A DNA stretch of 64,000 bases from NCBI GenBank assembly GCA_963745835.1, contig CAVUZH010000003.1, forward strand, positions 1,344,001-1,408,000, written 5' to 3'. The position numbers were made by a program, and so were the translations under genes. Origin of the DNA: an uncultured delta proteobacterium (lineage in GTDB: Bacteria > Desulfobacterota > Binatia > UBA9968). Below are positions 37,492 through 48,163 of the stretch, piece after piece. The notes under the pieces were generated by a model. It saw only the letters and a list, made by a program, of their open reading frames with translations. It made no database searches and was not told the origin of the DNA. Position 1 is the stretch's first letter. Each line of letters begins with the position of its first letter.

Positions 37492-38313
37492 GACAATTCC
37501 CTCCTATCATACGACGACAAAGTCCGCGTGCTTATGAACGGCAAAAAGGATGATATTTGAGCTGTAACGCTGGACCACAAACGGTCAGTCCAGAGGCCGG
37601 TATGGGGGGCAATAAGGCGAGCCAGAAAATAATCGTGTAGAAAGCCGAGGCGCGTGGGACTCATCTGATATTTCGTGACGGCATCTTTGTTCATTGGACA
37701 CAGAAGATCCGGGCGTTAATGGACGCAGTTCTTATATAACAAGCGGCGCCGCTCGGGAAGGAGTTAGGGAGCGTGATCGAGATTGGCCTCGATGCCGATG
37801 ATAATACAGGCGGCCGAGTTTCAGATGCGTCGTAGTTCCCTACCTAAGCTTAAAGTCGTCGCAATGATTTCAGCGACCTGCGACCGCTCATCTCTCTTCG
37901 GCAAACCCTCTCCCAGGGGAACGCCATTGACCCGTCAATCGCGCCTATGATAAGCGAGGACGTCAAAGAAGCGCCGTAGGGACTGCTGCAATTTCTGGTC
38001 AGTACCACCGCGCGCAGCGGCAGGATGAGTAATATAGAGGAGCTATCAAACTGCTCAACATGGACGCATGTTCAGGCAATCGATGAGTCCGGCAGCAAGC
38101 GCAGCAGTTTTGATTCAGCTCGAACGGCGTCACGGACATGATTCGCCGCAAGAATTTTTTCGTTCATCACGGCATGGACGACCGTTTTAAACTTTGTTAG
38201 ATTGCGCAGCGCTGATGTGTGGAGCCGTGCCGGATGTCGATACGAGTCAAGCATAAAGGAATAGGCAATATCTTACCTATAAAAGAACAGATCATGCGGA
38301 CCGATCGGCTTGG

Positions 38314-38832
38314 ATGGCAACGCTCGGATGGAAGGAGCACCCTTTGAAGTTAAGAGGCCCGGCAATATTTAGTTTGTGCGCTTTGATATTCTTTATCGTT
38401 TTCGTTTATCAAGCGCAGGATTGGCGAATGCAGGCCCGGCTCTATCCTTGGGCGATAGGCATACCGATGGTCATTTTAGCCTTAGTTCAGGTCATCCTGG
38501 ATCTAAGGGGTTACAAAGCCAAAGAGACATCGGATGGTGCTCCCGTCGATTTTCAGTTTACTCAAACCATCGAGCCGGCACTGGCAAGAAAACGGGCCAT
38601 TACAATGTTTTCGTGGCTACTCGGTTTCTTTCTGCTGGTATGGCTACTTGGATTCGAATACGGAATTCCCCTCATGGTGTTCAGCTATTTGAAAATCCAA
38701 TCGAATGAATCATGGGTCTTATCCATTATCCTTACAGTCCTGGCTTTTGTATTCTTCTGGCTTCTCTTTGTAAAACTTCTCACCCTGCCGTTCCCACAAG
38801 GTCTGATTTTTACTTGGCTTGGGATAGGATAA
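38314..38832 (+). CDS. tctB: TTT small membrane subunit TctB-like
   Basis: 4-5 TM helices, ARLYPWAIG, LLGF, C-terminal FVKLLTLPFPQG; heads the TTT receptor array. Confidence 0.8.
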   Translation: MATLGWKEHPLKLRGPAIFSLCALIFFIVFVYQAQDWRMQARLYPWAIGIPMVILALVQVILDLRGYKAKETSDGAPVDFQFTQTIEPALARKRAITMFSWLLGFFLLVWLLGFEYGIPLMVFSYLKIQSNESWVLSIILTVLAFVFFWLLFVKLLTLPFPQGLIFTWLGIG

Positions 38833-38952
38833 GGCTTCAAATCCGGTATAAGGCGATGCTAATATCTGCGCACTAGCCTAACTCTCGATTTTACATACGA
38901 GGCTCGCTGCTTCAGCAAATAGCCTTCACGGCTACGCTTGCCGGAGGTGGAT

Positions 38953-40014
38953 ATGACAATCCCGTTTCGTCTTCTTAGCTATTTCCGAGTTTTTTTGTGC
39001 TCCGCATGCGTGATCGGCTTTTGCAATCAATCCGTCCAGGCGCAAACCGAGACATTTTATCAAAATAAGACGATTCGCGTCATTGTCGGATTTACTCCCG
39101 GCGGATTCTATGATCGTTGGGCTCGTTTGATCGCACGTTACATGCCTAGGTACATACTGGGTAATCCAGAGATGATAGTGCAAAACATGCCAGGCGCAAG
39201 CTCCGTTATTGCGGCCAACTACGTCTACAACGTTGCCAAAGGCGACGGATTAACGATCCTCGCGCCAATCAACAGTTTGTACCTAGACCAAATCGTCGAG
39301 CGTAAAGAGGTGCAATTCGACGTGCGTAAATTCGAATGGATCGGCACACAAGAAAAAACCCCAATCATGCTTTATGTGCGATCTGACGCTCCTTACAAAT
39401 CCATTGCTGACATTATCAAAGCCGCCGATCCTCCTCGATGCGGCTCCACCGGAACAGCCAGCACCGGCTATATTCTCGCTAAAGTGCTAGACGAAACTCT
39501 CAAGGCAAAGATCAATACGGTGACCGGCTATCAAGGTGGCAGTGAAATCGATATTGCGGTGGAGCGCGGTGAAATTCACTGCCGCGGTATGGACATCCCG
39601 CCGCACTTCGGCCGTGAGCCGTTCGATACTTGGCACAAAAAGGGTTTTGATCGACATATTCTCCAAGGCGGGCCAAAGCGCGATCCGCGTTTGGCGGACA
39701 CACCGACGCTTTTTGAATTGATGGATCAACACAAAACCCCGGAGACGGCTCGCCGCCTGGCACGTATCATCTTGGCCGTTGGCGAATTTGGTCGTCCGCT
39801 GGTTGCGCCTCCCGGTATGCCGGCAGAAAGGATCGCAATCTTACGTGACGCTTATTCCAGGGCTATGAATGACGCCGAGCTCGTCGCAGAAGCAAATAAG
39901 GGACGGATGGATATGGATCCGTCCACCGGCCAAGAACTCCAGAAGCTGTTGAAAGATGTGATGGACCAGCCCCGAGAAGTTCTCGAACGGGTGAAAGCGA
40001 TTCTCGCAAATTAG
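38953..40014 (+). CDS. TTT solute-binding protein
   Basis: FYQNKTIRVIVGFTPGGFYDRWAR; GGAGG RBS before 38953. Confidence 0.92.
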   Translation: MTIPFRLLSYFRVFLCSACVIGFCNQSVQAQTETFYQNKTIRVIVGFTPGGFYDRWARLIARYMPRYILGNPEMIVQNMPGASSVIAANYVYNVAKGDGLTILAPINSLYLDQIVERKEVQFDVRKFEWIGTQEKTPIMLYVRSDAPYKSIADIIKAADPPRCGSTGTASTGYILAKVLDETLKAKINTVTGYQGGSEIDIAVERGEIHCRGMDIPPHFGREPFDTWHKKGFDRHILQGGPKRDPRLADTPTLFELMDQHKTPETARRLARIILAVGEFGRPLVAPPGMPAERIAILRDAYSRAMNDAELVAEANKGRMDMDPSTGQELQKLLKDVMDQPREVLERVKAILAN

Positions 40015-40036
40015 CATCCAGAGAAGGAAGTTTTGA

Positions 40037-40451
40037 ATGGTAATTGGCAAGTTCAAGCTTATCGCATTCGGTCTAGTTGCTTTTACAATCAGTCTCTCCG
40101 CCATCGCCAGCGTTTACGGGCAAAGCGAGTCTTTTTATAAGGGCAAAACCATTCGCATCATCGTCGGCTTTACTCCGGGAGGCTTCTACGATCGTTGGGC
40201 ACGACTATCCTACGCGGCGGCGATTACGGCCAGCCGATCTTTGCCCCGCCCGCAACACCAGCCGATCGCGTAAAAATTTTGCGCGAAGGTTATGCGAGAG
40301 CATTGAAAGACCCCGAACTGATCGCGGAAGCAAAAAAAGCGCGAATGGATATGGAAGCCCGTTTCCGGCGAAGAGCTCCAAACCTTAACCACGCCGCTGA
40401 TGTCAACCAGCCGCAGTCATTCAACAAGCGAAGAAGGTTTTGGAAAATTAG
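40037..40451 (+). pseudogene. TTT solute-binding protein with a large internal deletion and frameshifts
   Basis: N-terminus (..FYKGKTIRIIVGFTPGGFYDRWARL) joined out of frame near 40207 to the C-terminus (ILRGGDYGQPIFAPPATPADRVKILR..KKARMDME). Confidence 0.88.
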
Positions 40452-40645
40452 AAAAATGGAAACCGGATATGCTACGTCTAACGTTGTAGGGAAAGAATTA
40501 TGAAGCCCCTATCAGTGTTTTGTCTGCGCTCAGTTGGGAATACACCAGTAATAATCGCCCATGAACACTTCTTCTAAGTGACTACACACAAAAGTGAGAC
40601 TATTCGGCAGACCAACGATACCGGACGATTTCAAAGGAGACTAGT

Positions 40646-41677
40646 ATGCGAGTCTTGATTTTCGCCATCGCGTTATTTCTGCCCATGAGCACTCCGCTCT
40701 ACGCGCAGACCCCCTTTTATCAGGGAAAGCAGATTAAAGTTGTCGTCGGTTTCACCTCCGGCGGTTTTTACGATCGATGGGCTAGGTTGTTATCCCGCTA
40801 CATGCCCAAGCACATTCCGGGATCCCCGGAAATGATCGTGCAGAACATGCCAGGAGCGGGATCGGTGGTGGCCACTAATTTCGTGTACAACGTGGCCAAA
40901 CCTGATGGCTTGACTATCGGTTTTCCCAGTAGCGCAATTTATCTCGATCAACTAATAGGCCGCGCCGAAGCGAAGTTTGATATCCGGAAATTTAGCTGGA
41001 TCGGCTCACCGGTCCAAGAACCGGTGATTTTTTATATCAGAGCCGACAGTCCCTACAAATCGATCTCCGATATCAGAAGCGCCAAAGAGCCGCCCAAGTG
41101 CGGCGCCACAGGTACAGTAAGCACCGATTTCATACTGGCGCGTTTGCTCGAAGATACCATGCCGCCGCTCAAGATCGACACCGTTTTGGGCTATCCTGGA
41201 GGGGCAGAAATCGACCTAGCGGTCGAAAAAAACGAGGTTATCTGTCGAGGGATGACCGCTTCGCCGTTCCACGGCCGTGAACCTTTCATATCATGGCAGA
41301 AGAAAAACTTCGTCCGGGTCCTGCTTTTTACCGGCGAAAAACGCGACGAAAGACTGCCGGATGTTCCGACTCTCGACGAGATCTTCGACAAGGAGAAGGT
41401 CCCCGAAGCCGGACGCCGGGTCGCTGAGGTGATCCTTGCTGCCGAGAAGTTCGGGCGGCCGATCATCGCCGGACCCGGAACCCCGCCGGAGCGGCTAAAT
41501 ATCCTTCGTCAGGCATTCAATCAGGCTATGAAAGATCCTGAGCTGCTTGCCGAGGCCAAGAAAACTAGGATGGATGTCGATCCGACGAGCGGGGAAGTTC
41601 TGGAAAAGCTGGCGAGGCGAGTTTTAGATCAACCCCCCGAAGTCCTTGCCCGAGTAAAAAAGATACTAAGTAACTAA
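40646..41677 (+). CDS. TTT solute-binding protein
   Basis: FYQGKQIKVVVGFTSGGFYD, PPKCG, VICR. Confidence 0.93.
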   Translation: MRVLIFAIALFLPMSTPLYAQTPFYQGKQIKVVVGFTSGGFYDRWARLLSRYMPKHIPGSPEMIVQNMPGAGSVVATNFVYNVAKPDGLTIGFPSSAIYLDQLIGRAEAKFDIRKFSWIGSPVQEPVIFYIRADSPYKSISDIRSAKEPPKCGATGTVSTDFILARLLEDTMPPLKIDTVLGYPGGAEIDLAVEKNEVICRGMTASPFHGREPFISWQKKNFVRVLLFTGEKRDERLPDVPTLDEIFDKEKVPEAGRRVAEVILAAEKFGRPIIAGPGTPPERLNILRQAFNQAMKDPELLAEAKKTRMDVDPTSGEVLEKLARRVLDQPPEVLARVKKILSN

Positions 41678-41745
41678 CCCCTATCTCTTGCAAGCGCACC
41701 GGATGATGATAAACAAGCAACAATATTCCTAAGGAGGTTCGCTGA

Positions 41746-42777
41746 ATGAAGAAATTCGCGGTAACCTTAGCAATCGTTTTGCTCCTGGTTGCCAGCGCCC
41801 ACGCGCAGGCTCCCTTTTACCAGGGTAAAACCATCACCATCATTGTCGGCACAAAATCCGGCGATGCCTACGATCTTTACCCTCGCATGCTCGCTGAATT
41901 CATGCCCAAGTATATTCCGGGGAATCCGAATATCATTATTCAAAACGTCCCAGGCGCCGCCTCGATGATCGCTGCCAATCAAGTTTATAACGTCGCAAAG
42001 CCCGACGGCTTGACTATCGGCGCCATCTATCCGGCGCTTTATTTCGAGCAGCTCACTAAAAAACCCGAGGTCAAATTCGACTGGACCAAGTTTGGCTGGG
42101 TTGGCAATCCGGTCACCTCAAACCATCTCCTATACATGCGAGCCGATGCTCCGTACAAATCAATGGATGACATTCGCACCGCGTCCTCCGCGCCTAAATG
42201 CGGCTCCAACGGTATCACCTCGACCGGTTATTATTTGCCAAAATTGATGGAAGAAACCCTCGGCACGAAATTCGACATCGTATTGGGTTATCAGTCCGGA
42301 CAAGATGTTGATTTGGCCGTGGAGCGGGGCGAAGTCGTTTGCCGCGCTTTCACGATCACCGCATTCTTTGCTCGCGAGCCCTTCATTTCTTGGCGCAAAC
42401 GAGGCTTCGTCAATGTGCTGATGCAGAGCGGCGCCAAGCGCGACGCTCGCCTCAAAGATGCGACGACGATTTATGAGCTCATGGACAAGTACAAAACCAA
42501 CGAAGCCGGCAGAAGTCTGGCTAAAGTAGTTTTATCGGCCGGTGAGTTCGGGCGCCCTCTGGTTACCCCTCCGGGTGTTCCGGCAGATCGATTGAAGATC
42601 CTGCGCGATGCCTTCGACAAGTCTGTGAGCGACCCCGCCTTGCTGGCTGCCGCGGAGAAGCGAAGGCTTGAAATGGATCCCGCCAGTGGCGCCGAGTTGG
42701 AAACGTTGGCTAAAGAAGTCATGTCGGCAAGTCCAGAGATCGTGGAGCGGATGCAAAAATTGTTAAGCGGTAAATGA
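41746..42777 (+). CDS. TTT solute-binding protein
   Basis: FYQGKTITIIVGTKSGDAYD, APKCG, VVCR. Confidence 0.93.
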   Translation: MKKFAVTLAIVLLLVASAHAQAPFYQGKTITIIVGTKSGDAYDLYPRMLAEFMPKYIPGNPNIIIQNVPGAASMIAANQVYNVAKPDGLTIGAIYPALYFEQLTKKPEVKFDWTKFGWVGNPVTSNHLLYMRADAPYKSMDDIRTASSAPKCGSNGITSTGYYLPKLMEETLGTKFDIVLGYQSGQDVDLAVERGEVVCRAFTITAFFAREPFISWRKRGFVNVLMQSGAKRDARLKDATTIYELMDKYKTNEAGRSLAKVVLSAGEFGRPLVTPPGVPADRLKILRDAFDKSVSDPALLAAAEKRRLEMDPASGAELETLAKEVMSASPEIVERMQKLLSGK

Positions 42778-42791
42778 TGTCACAATAATAC

Positions 42792-42834
42792 CCGGGGCAT
42801 CTCTAACTTGTTGCTCAGCCGCGAGATGCCCCGG
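42792..42834. terminator. 12-bp intergenic hairpin within the TTT array
   Basis: ccggggcatctc...gagatgccccgg; no U-tract, so possibly an mRNA-stabilising stem. Confidence 0.55.
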
Positions 42835-42860
42835 CACACCATTGACGGGAGGGAAATCCA

Positions 42861-43886
42861 ATGATTGTGATTCTCGTCCTAGCTCTCATCATCGGCTGGC
42901 ATTCCGATCTTCTTGCTCAAGCGCCTTTTTACCAGGGTAAAACCATCAGCATTGCCGTCGGCACTAAAGCCGGCGATGTTTACGACTTATATCCCCGACT
43001 TCTTGCCGAGTTCTGGACTAAACACATCCCCGGCAATCCCAACATCATCGTCCAGAACGTGCCGGGAGCGGCCTCGCTCATTGCTGCCAATCAGGTATAT
43101 AACGTAGCCAAACCGGACGGGCTGACCTTGGCGGCGATCTATCCGGCGCTCTATTTCGATCAGCTGATCAAGAAACCGGAAGTGAAGTACGACTGGGCGA
43201 AATGGAATTGGCTCGGCAGTCCGGTAAAGTCCAATCACCTTCTCTATATGCGCGCCGATACGCCGTATAAGACCGTGGATGACGTGCGCAAGGCATCGAC
43301 AGCGCCGAAGTGCGGCGCCACCGGCGTCGCTTCGACCGGTTACTACATGCCCAAGCTCATGGAAGAAGTCCTCGGTTCCAAGTTCGACATCGTCTCGGGT
43401 TATGTATCGGGGCAGGATATCGATCTCGCGGTAGAACGCGGCGAACTGCAATGCCGGGCATTCACAATTACGGCCTACTTCGCCCGCGAACCGTTCATCT
43501 CGTGGCGTAAGAAAAACTTCACTAACGTGTTGATACAAACCGGGAGCCGGCGCGATTCCCGGATCAAGGATTCGCCGACGATTTATGAATTGATGGACAG
43601 GTACAAAACTAGCGACGCGGGGCGTGCGTTAGCCAAGGTAATCCTCGCTTCGGGTGACCTGGGCCGTCCGCTTGTAGCTCCTCCCGGCGTTCCAGCGGAC
43701 AGGATAAAGATTTTGCGCGCCTCATTTGAGAAAACGATTCAGGATCCGGCACTCCTGGCGGAGGCAGAAAGACGAAGATTAGAGATCGATCCGACACCTG
43801 GAGATGAAATGGAAGCTTTGGCGAAGGATGTGATGGCGACTCCGCCCGATGTCGTTGCAAGCATGCGCAAACTCCTCGGCAGCTGA
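42861..43886 (+). CDS. TTT solute-binding protein
   Basis: FYQGKTISIAVGTKAGDVYD, APKCG, LQCR. Confidence 0.93.
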   Translation: MIVILVLALIIGWHSDLLAQAPFYQGKTISIAVGTKAGDVYDLYPRLLAEFWTKHIPGNPNIIVQNVPGAASLIAANQVYNVAKPDGLTLAAIYPALYFDQLIKKPEVKYDWAKWNWLGSPVKSNHLLYMRADTPYKTVDDVRKASTAPKCGATGVASTGYYMPKLMEEVLGSKFDIVSGYVSGQDIDLAVERGELQCRAFTITAYFAREPFISWRKKNFTNVLIQTGSRRDSRIKDSPTIYELMDRYKTSDAGRALAKVILASGDLGRPLVAPPGVPADRIKILRASFEKTIQDPALLAEAERRRLEIDPTPGDEMEALAKDVMATPPDVVASMRKLLGS

Positions 43887-43980
43887 CGCGGCGACGTTGA
43901 ATCATAGTAAGGCATCTCGGGCGATTGACACCGCTTGCAGCTTCCATGCTTCGGCCGCCCAGCCAAAACAAAGGACGACA

Positions 43981-45012
43981 ATGATGCTTCGACGGGTTTT
44001 CCCATTTCTATTCGTCCTTTTCTGGAATTATGATCTGCCGGCCCAGACGCCTTACTATCAGGGTAAGACCATAAGGCTCGTGGCGGGGACGCCGGCCGGA
44101 AGTGTTTATGACAGCTATGCGCGCCTAATGGCGCAGTTTCTACCGAGATATATCGCAGGCACGCCCAACATCATCGTCCAAAATATGCCCGGCGTGGCTT
44201 CGATGGTTGCGGCGAATTACATCTACAGCATCGCCAAACCTGATGGTCTGACAATCGGCGCAATTCAGCCTGCCCTCTACTTCGATCAACTAGTCGGACG
44301 CAAGGAGGTCCAGTTTGACTGGCAGAAGTTTAGTTGGATCGGTAACACAACCGTATCGCACCATCTGCTCTATATCAGGGCGGATGCGCCGTATAAAAAC
44401 ATAGAGGAGATCCGCCAGAGCTCGGTGGCGCCCAAGTGCGGTTCGGAAGGGACAGCCTCGTCGGCTTACTACATACCTAAACTACTGGAAGAGACTCTCG
44501 GGGCAAAATTTAACGTTGTCACGGGTTATAACGCGGGAACCGAAGTTGACCTGGCGGTGGAGCGCGGAGAGGTGCAATGCCGCGCCTTCACCATTGCTGC
44601 TTTCTTTGCCCGGGAGCCTTTCCATACCTGGCGTAAGAACGGGTTTGTTCGCGTGCTTATTCAAACCGGAAAGAAGCGCGATGCAAACTTGCCGGACGTG
44701 CCTAGTCTTCATGAGCTCATGGATCGATATAAAACAACCGATTCGTCGCGCCGTTTAGCCGACGTAATCCTGGCTGCCAATGAGATTGGTCGCCCGATTA
44801 TCGGCACGCCGGGTATCCCAACGGAACGTCTAAAAATTCTCCGCGATGCGTTTAGCAAGGCGGTGAATGATCGAGAGCTTCTGGAGGAAGCGAAAAAGAA
44901 ACGCTTGGAATTGGATCCGGTTTCCGGCGAGGAGTTGCAGACTCTCGCCAGCGAGATCATGGCGCAACCGCCGGAAGTCATCGAACGGATGAAAAAACTG
45001 CTGGGATCGTAA
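43981..45012 (+). CDS. TTT solute-binding protein
   Basis: YYQGKTIRLVAGTPAGSVYD; start at MMLRR after AAGGA. Confidence 0.92.
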   Translation: MMLRRVFPFLFVLFWNYDLPAQTPYYQGKTIRLVAGTPAGSVYDSYARLMAQFLPRYIAGTPNIIVQNMPGVASMVAANYIYSIAKPDGLTIGAIQPALYFDQLVGRKEVQFDWQKFSWIGNTTVSHHLLYIRADAPYKNIEEIRQSSVAPKCGSEGTASSAYYIPKLLEETLGAKFNVVTGYNAGTEVDLAVERGEVQCRAFTIAAFFAREPFHTWRKNGFVRVLIQTGKKRDANLPDVPSLHELMDRYKTTDSSRRLADVILAANEIGRPIIGTPGIPTERLKILRDAFSKAVNDRELLEEAKKKRLELDPVSGEELQTLASEIMAQPPEVIERMKKLLGS

Positions 45013-45052
45013 ACAACAAACGTTAGGATTTGAACAAAAATAGGGGGAGATC

Positions 45053-46081
45053 ATGAGGAGAATCGTTGCCTTTCTTCTTTTATCGGTTACATGGGCTGCC
45101 GCCGCCAGCGCCCAAACGCCCTTTTATCAGGGCAAAACAATCACAATCATAGTTTCGACCAAGGCCGGCGATGTTTACGATCTTTATCCGCGTCTGGTCG
45201 CCGAGTTCATGCCCAAACATATCCCCGGAAGTCCCAACATTATCATTCAAAACGTTCCCGGCGCCGCTGGCCTGATTGGCACCAATCAGATCTACAACGT
45301 CGCGAAGCCGGACGGATTGACCTTCGGCGCAACCTATCCGGCGCTTTATTTCGAGCAATTGGTCAAGCGTCCGGAGGTCAAGTTCGACTGGACGAAGTTT
45401 ATCTGGATTGGCAGCACAATTAATTCGAACAGTCTCATGTACATGCGCGCAGACACGCCGTACAAAACCATCGAAGATGTCCGCACCGCGTCGACCCCGC
45501 CGAAATGCGGTGCTACCGGCGTGACATCGTCCGCATATTACATGCCGAAACTCCTGGAGGAGGCGTTCGGAACAAAGTTTGATGTGGTCTCGGGTTATGT
45601 GGCTGGCCAGGATATTGACCTAGCGGTGGAGCGCGGCGAAGTACAGTGCCGCGCATTTACCATCAATGCCTTCTTTGCGCGCGAGCCGTTTATCACTTGG
45701 CGTAAGAAAAACTTCGTGAACGTACTTTATCAGACTGGAAGCAAGCAGGACGAAAGACTCAAGAACGTGCCATTGTTCAATGACTTAATGGATAAGTACA
45801 AGACGTCGCAAGAAACTAGACAGCTGGCGAAAGTGGTTCTAGCCTCCGACGAGTTCGGCCGACCACTGGTCTTCCCTCCGGGGGTTCCCGCAGACCGTGT
45901 CAAAATCATTCGCGATGCATTTAACAAAACCATCAACGATCCGGCGCTTCTAACCGAAGCAAAACGACGCCAACTCGACATCGATCCCGCGACCGGCGAG
46001 CAGTTGGACTCTCTCGCCAAGGAAGTGATGACAGCGACACCTGAAATAATCGAAAAGGTTAAGAAGCTGATCGGTAAGTAA
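45053..46081 (+). CDS. TTT solute-binding protein
   Basis: FYQGKTITIIVSTKAGDVYD, PPKCG, VQCR. Confidence 0.93.
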   Translation: MRRIVAFLLLSVTWAAAASAQTPFYQGKTITIIVSTKAGDVYDLYPRLVAEFMPKHIPGSPNIIIQNVPGAAGLIGTNQIYNVAKPDGLTFGATYPALYFEQLVKRPEVKFDWTKFIWIGSTINSNSLMYMRADTPYKTIEDVRTASTPPKCGATGVTSSAYYMPKLLEEAFGTKFDVVSGYVAGQDIDLAVERGEVQCRAFTINAFFAREPFITWRKKNFVNVLYQTGSKQDERLKNVPLFNDLMDKYKTSQETRQLAKVVLASDEFGRPLVFPPGVPADRVKIIRDAFNKTINDPALLTEAKRRQLDIDPATGEQLDSLAKEVMTATPEIIEKVKKLIGK

Positions 46082-46198
46082 AAGATGAATGTTCAGCTCG
46101 CAATCCCATGGCGCTTGGCAAGGCTCCCAACAATCAGTCGCACCGACGTAACTGACGATGCAACGGACTTGAGAGTTAATCGACAAAAAACAAGAGCG

Positions 46199-47233
46199 AT
46201 GCTGGCCGCTTCGCTCTTGTCCTTCGCTCTCATACTTGCCGGCTTAGCCTCTACCTCGCAGGCCCAGACTCCCTACTATCAAGGCAAACAAATCAGGCTC
46301 ATCATCGGCTCAAGTCCGGGCGGCGGCTACGACCTATGGCCGCGCATGATGCTGCGTTATCTGACGAAGCATATCCCCGGCAATCCGGAGATCGTGCCGC
46401 AAAACATGCCCGGCGCCGGCGGCGTCGTGGGCGCGAACTATGTCTATGGGATCGCTAAACCGGACGGGCTCACCATCGGCGCTTTCAATCCAGCGCTTTA
46501 CTTCGATCAATTGATCAAGCGCGAGGAAGTAAAATTCGACTGGTCAAAATTTGCATGGATCGGCTCGCCGGAACAGAATGATATTCTGCACTTCATCCGC
46601 ACCGACGCCCCGTATAAGACTATTGATGACCTGCGTAACGCGAAGGAAGCGCCGAAATGCGGCAGTTCCGGTACCGGCACGACCGGCCACTATATTCCTC
46701 GTCTGCTTGAAGAGGTCCTCGGGATCAAAACTCACATCGTTAGCGGCTATCAGGGCGGCGCTGAGATCGATCTCGCCATTGAAAGAAATGAGGTCGTTTG
46801 TTGGTCTCCGGTAGTGGCTACATACTTCGGCAGAGATCCCTACAAGCGTTGGCACAAAAGTGGATTCACGCGGGTCGTCCTTCAGACTGGTGAGAAGCGC
46901 GACCCGCGCTTGAAAGATGTGCCGAGCATTTGGGAGCTCATGGACCAGTATAAGACCCCGGATTCCGGCAAACGGCTGGCCAAGGTGATCTTAACAGCCG
47001 CCACTCTCGGACGACCGATTACTGCTCCGCCGGGAACGCCTGCCGACAGGGTAAAAATTCTCCGTGACGCCTACGCCAAAGCCCTCAGTGATCCTGATCT
47101 GCTCGGCGAAGCTAGCAAAAGAGATTGGGATGTGGAGCCGGTTAGCGGCGAAGATTTGGAGACACGATCGAAAGAAGTCATCGCACAGCCAGCCGAGGTC
47201 GTCGAACGAATGAAATGGGTTCTCGGAAAGTAA
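46199..47233 (+). CDS. TTT solute-binding protein (start uncertain; frame open from 46085)
   Basis: YYQGKQIRLIIGSSPGGGYD, APKCG, VVCW. Confidence 0.9.
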   Translation: MLAASLLSFALILAGLASTSQAQTPYYQGKQIRLIIGSSPGGGYDLWPRMMLRYLTKHIPGNPEIVPQNMPGAGGVVGANYVYGIAKPDGLTIGAFNPALYFDQLIKREEVKFDWSKFAWIGSPEQNDILHFIRTDAPYKTIDDLRNAKEAPKCGSSGTGTTGHYIPRLLEEVLGIKTHIVSGYQGGAEIDLAIERNEVVCWSPVVATYFGRDPYKRWHKSGFTRVVLQTGEKRDPRLKDVPSIWELMDQYKTPDSGKRLAKVILTAATLGRPITAPPGTPADRVKILRDAYAKALSDPDLLGEASKRDWDVEPVSGEDLETRSKEVIAQPAEVVERMKWVLGK

Positions 47234-47497
47234 TCCGGGCACCGAGCTGATCACTATCATTCATTCCATGAACGATACCCTCTAGAAGTAATACTCGGTA
47301 CTGCACGCGCTTAGATCCCTTAACTCAGCAATCAATTGTAAGACTTGGAAAGGAGGGTACAAAATTGTAGATCTTTGTCGATTGATGTCTACAGCCGAAG
47401 CCTACCTAGAGCCAGGGTTCGCTAGCTCCGGCGATCAACTCCTCTAAAATATTACATTTCCGTACTCGATATCTCTTCTCCTGGTCTGCATCATACC

Positions 47498-47513
47498 CGG
47501 CACAACCGTTGCT
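47498..47513 (+). promoter_or_regulatory. Sigma54-type promoter
   Basis: CGGCAC-AACCG-TTGCT upstream of 47572. Confidence 0.65.
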
Positions 47514-47571
47514 ATTTGGGCATTCATTACGATTCGCGGAAACCGATCCATAAGGAGTTAGCCACCCAGCG

Positions 47572-47862
47572 ATGCTGACCTATCTTTCCAAACGTAAGTG
47601 CCCGCGCTGCGCTTTCGACTTTGTCGTCGTTCTGCTGGATTGTCACGCCCGAATGCAATGGATCAACGGCTTTTGCGGAAAATGCGATCACAATATCTCA
47701 TGGAAGTTGTTTCGGAGAAGAGATTATGAACCCGGAAATCATTCTGTGGACTCGAGTACTGTTACAAGCGATATGGGACCTGGCCGGCATACGGGTCAAC
47801 GCCCCACCGAGAGACGTACCCAGGCTCCGGTCGTCCGCCCGAGCTTGGATCTGCTCCGCTGA
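47572..47862 (+). CDS. Small Zn-finger-like protein (CPRC...CGKC); tail overlaps the next gene
   Basis: AAGGAG RBS, two CxxC pairs in the first 40 aa. Confidence 0.5.
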   Translation: MLTYLSKRKCPRCAFDFVVVLLDCHARMQWINGFCGKCDHNISWKLFRRRDYEPGNHSVDSSTVTSDMGPGRHTGQRPTERRTQAPVVRPSLDLLR

Positions 47863-48019
47863 TCATTCGCAGGGAAGCTTTATCTGGACCTGTAATTCTC
47901 TTTCCCTTGATCCCGACACCGTCCGGAAGCGCGTGCTGACCAAGAGCAAAGCTGACTTGAAAGCGATCGCCGAAAAAGAATTTCTCGAGAGCCCACTGCA
48001 ATTGATCAACTCGATGTAA
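47726..48019 (+). CDS. Hypothetical protein
   Basis: GGAG RBS; LWTRVLLQAIWD...ARAWI...SFIWTCNSLSLDPDTVR resembles a recurring small helical hypothetical family (recollection). Confidence 0.7.
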   Translation: MNPEIILWTRVLLQAIWDLAGIRVNAPPRDVPRLRSSARAWICSADHSQGSFIWTCNSLSLDPDTVRKRVLTKSKADLKAIAEKEFLESPLQLINSM

Positions 48020-48045
48020 TGATGGGATCAAATGTCAAGAGAGCG

Positions 48046-48079
48046 ACCGTAGCCCGCGCAATCTCAAGCGGGTTGCGGT
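48046..48079. terminator. Hairpin between convergent genes
   Basis: accgtagcccgc...gcgggttgcggt (12 bp with G-U pairs). Confidence 0.5.
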
Positions 48080-48163
48080 TGTCTTAATCGGACGCTGGAA
48101 ACGCTTGGATGAGTCCCTACTGACCGATGGCCCCGCGCTTCAGCTATCCAGGGATAGCGGAAA

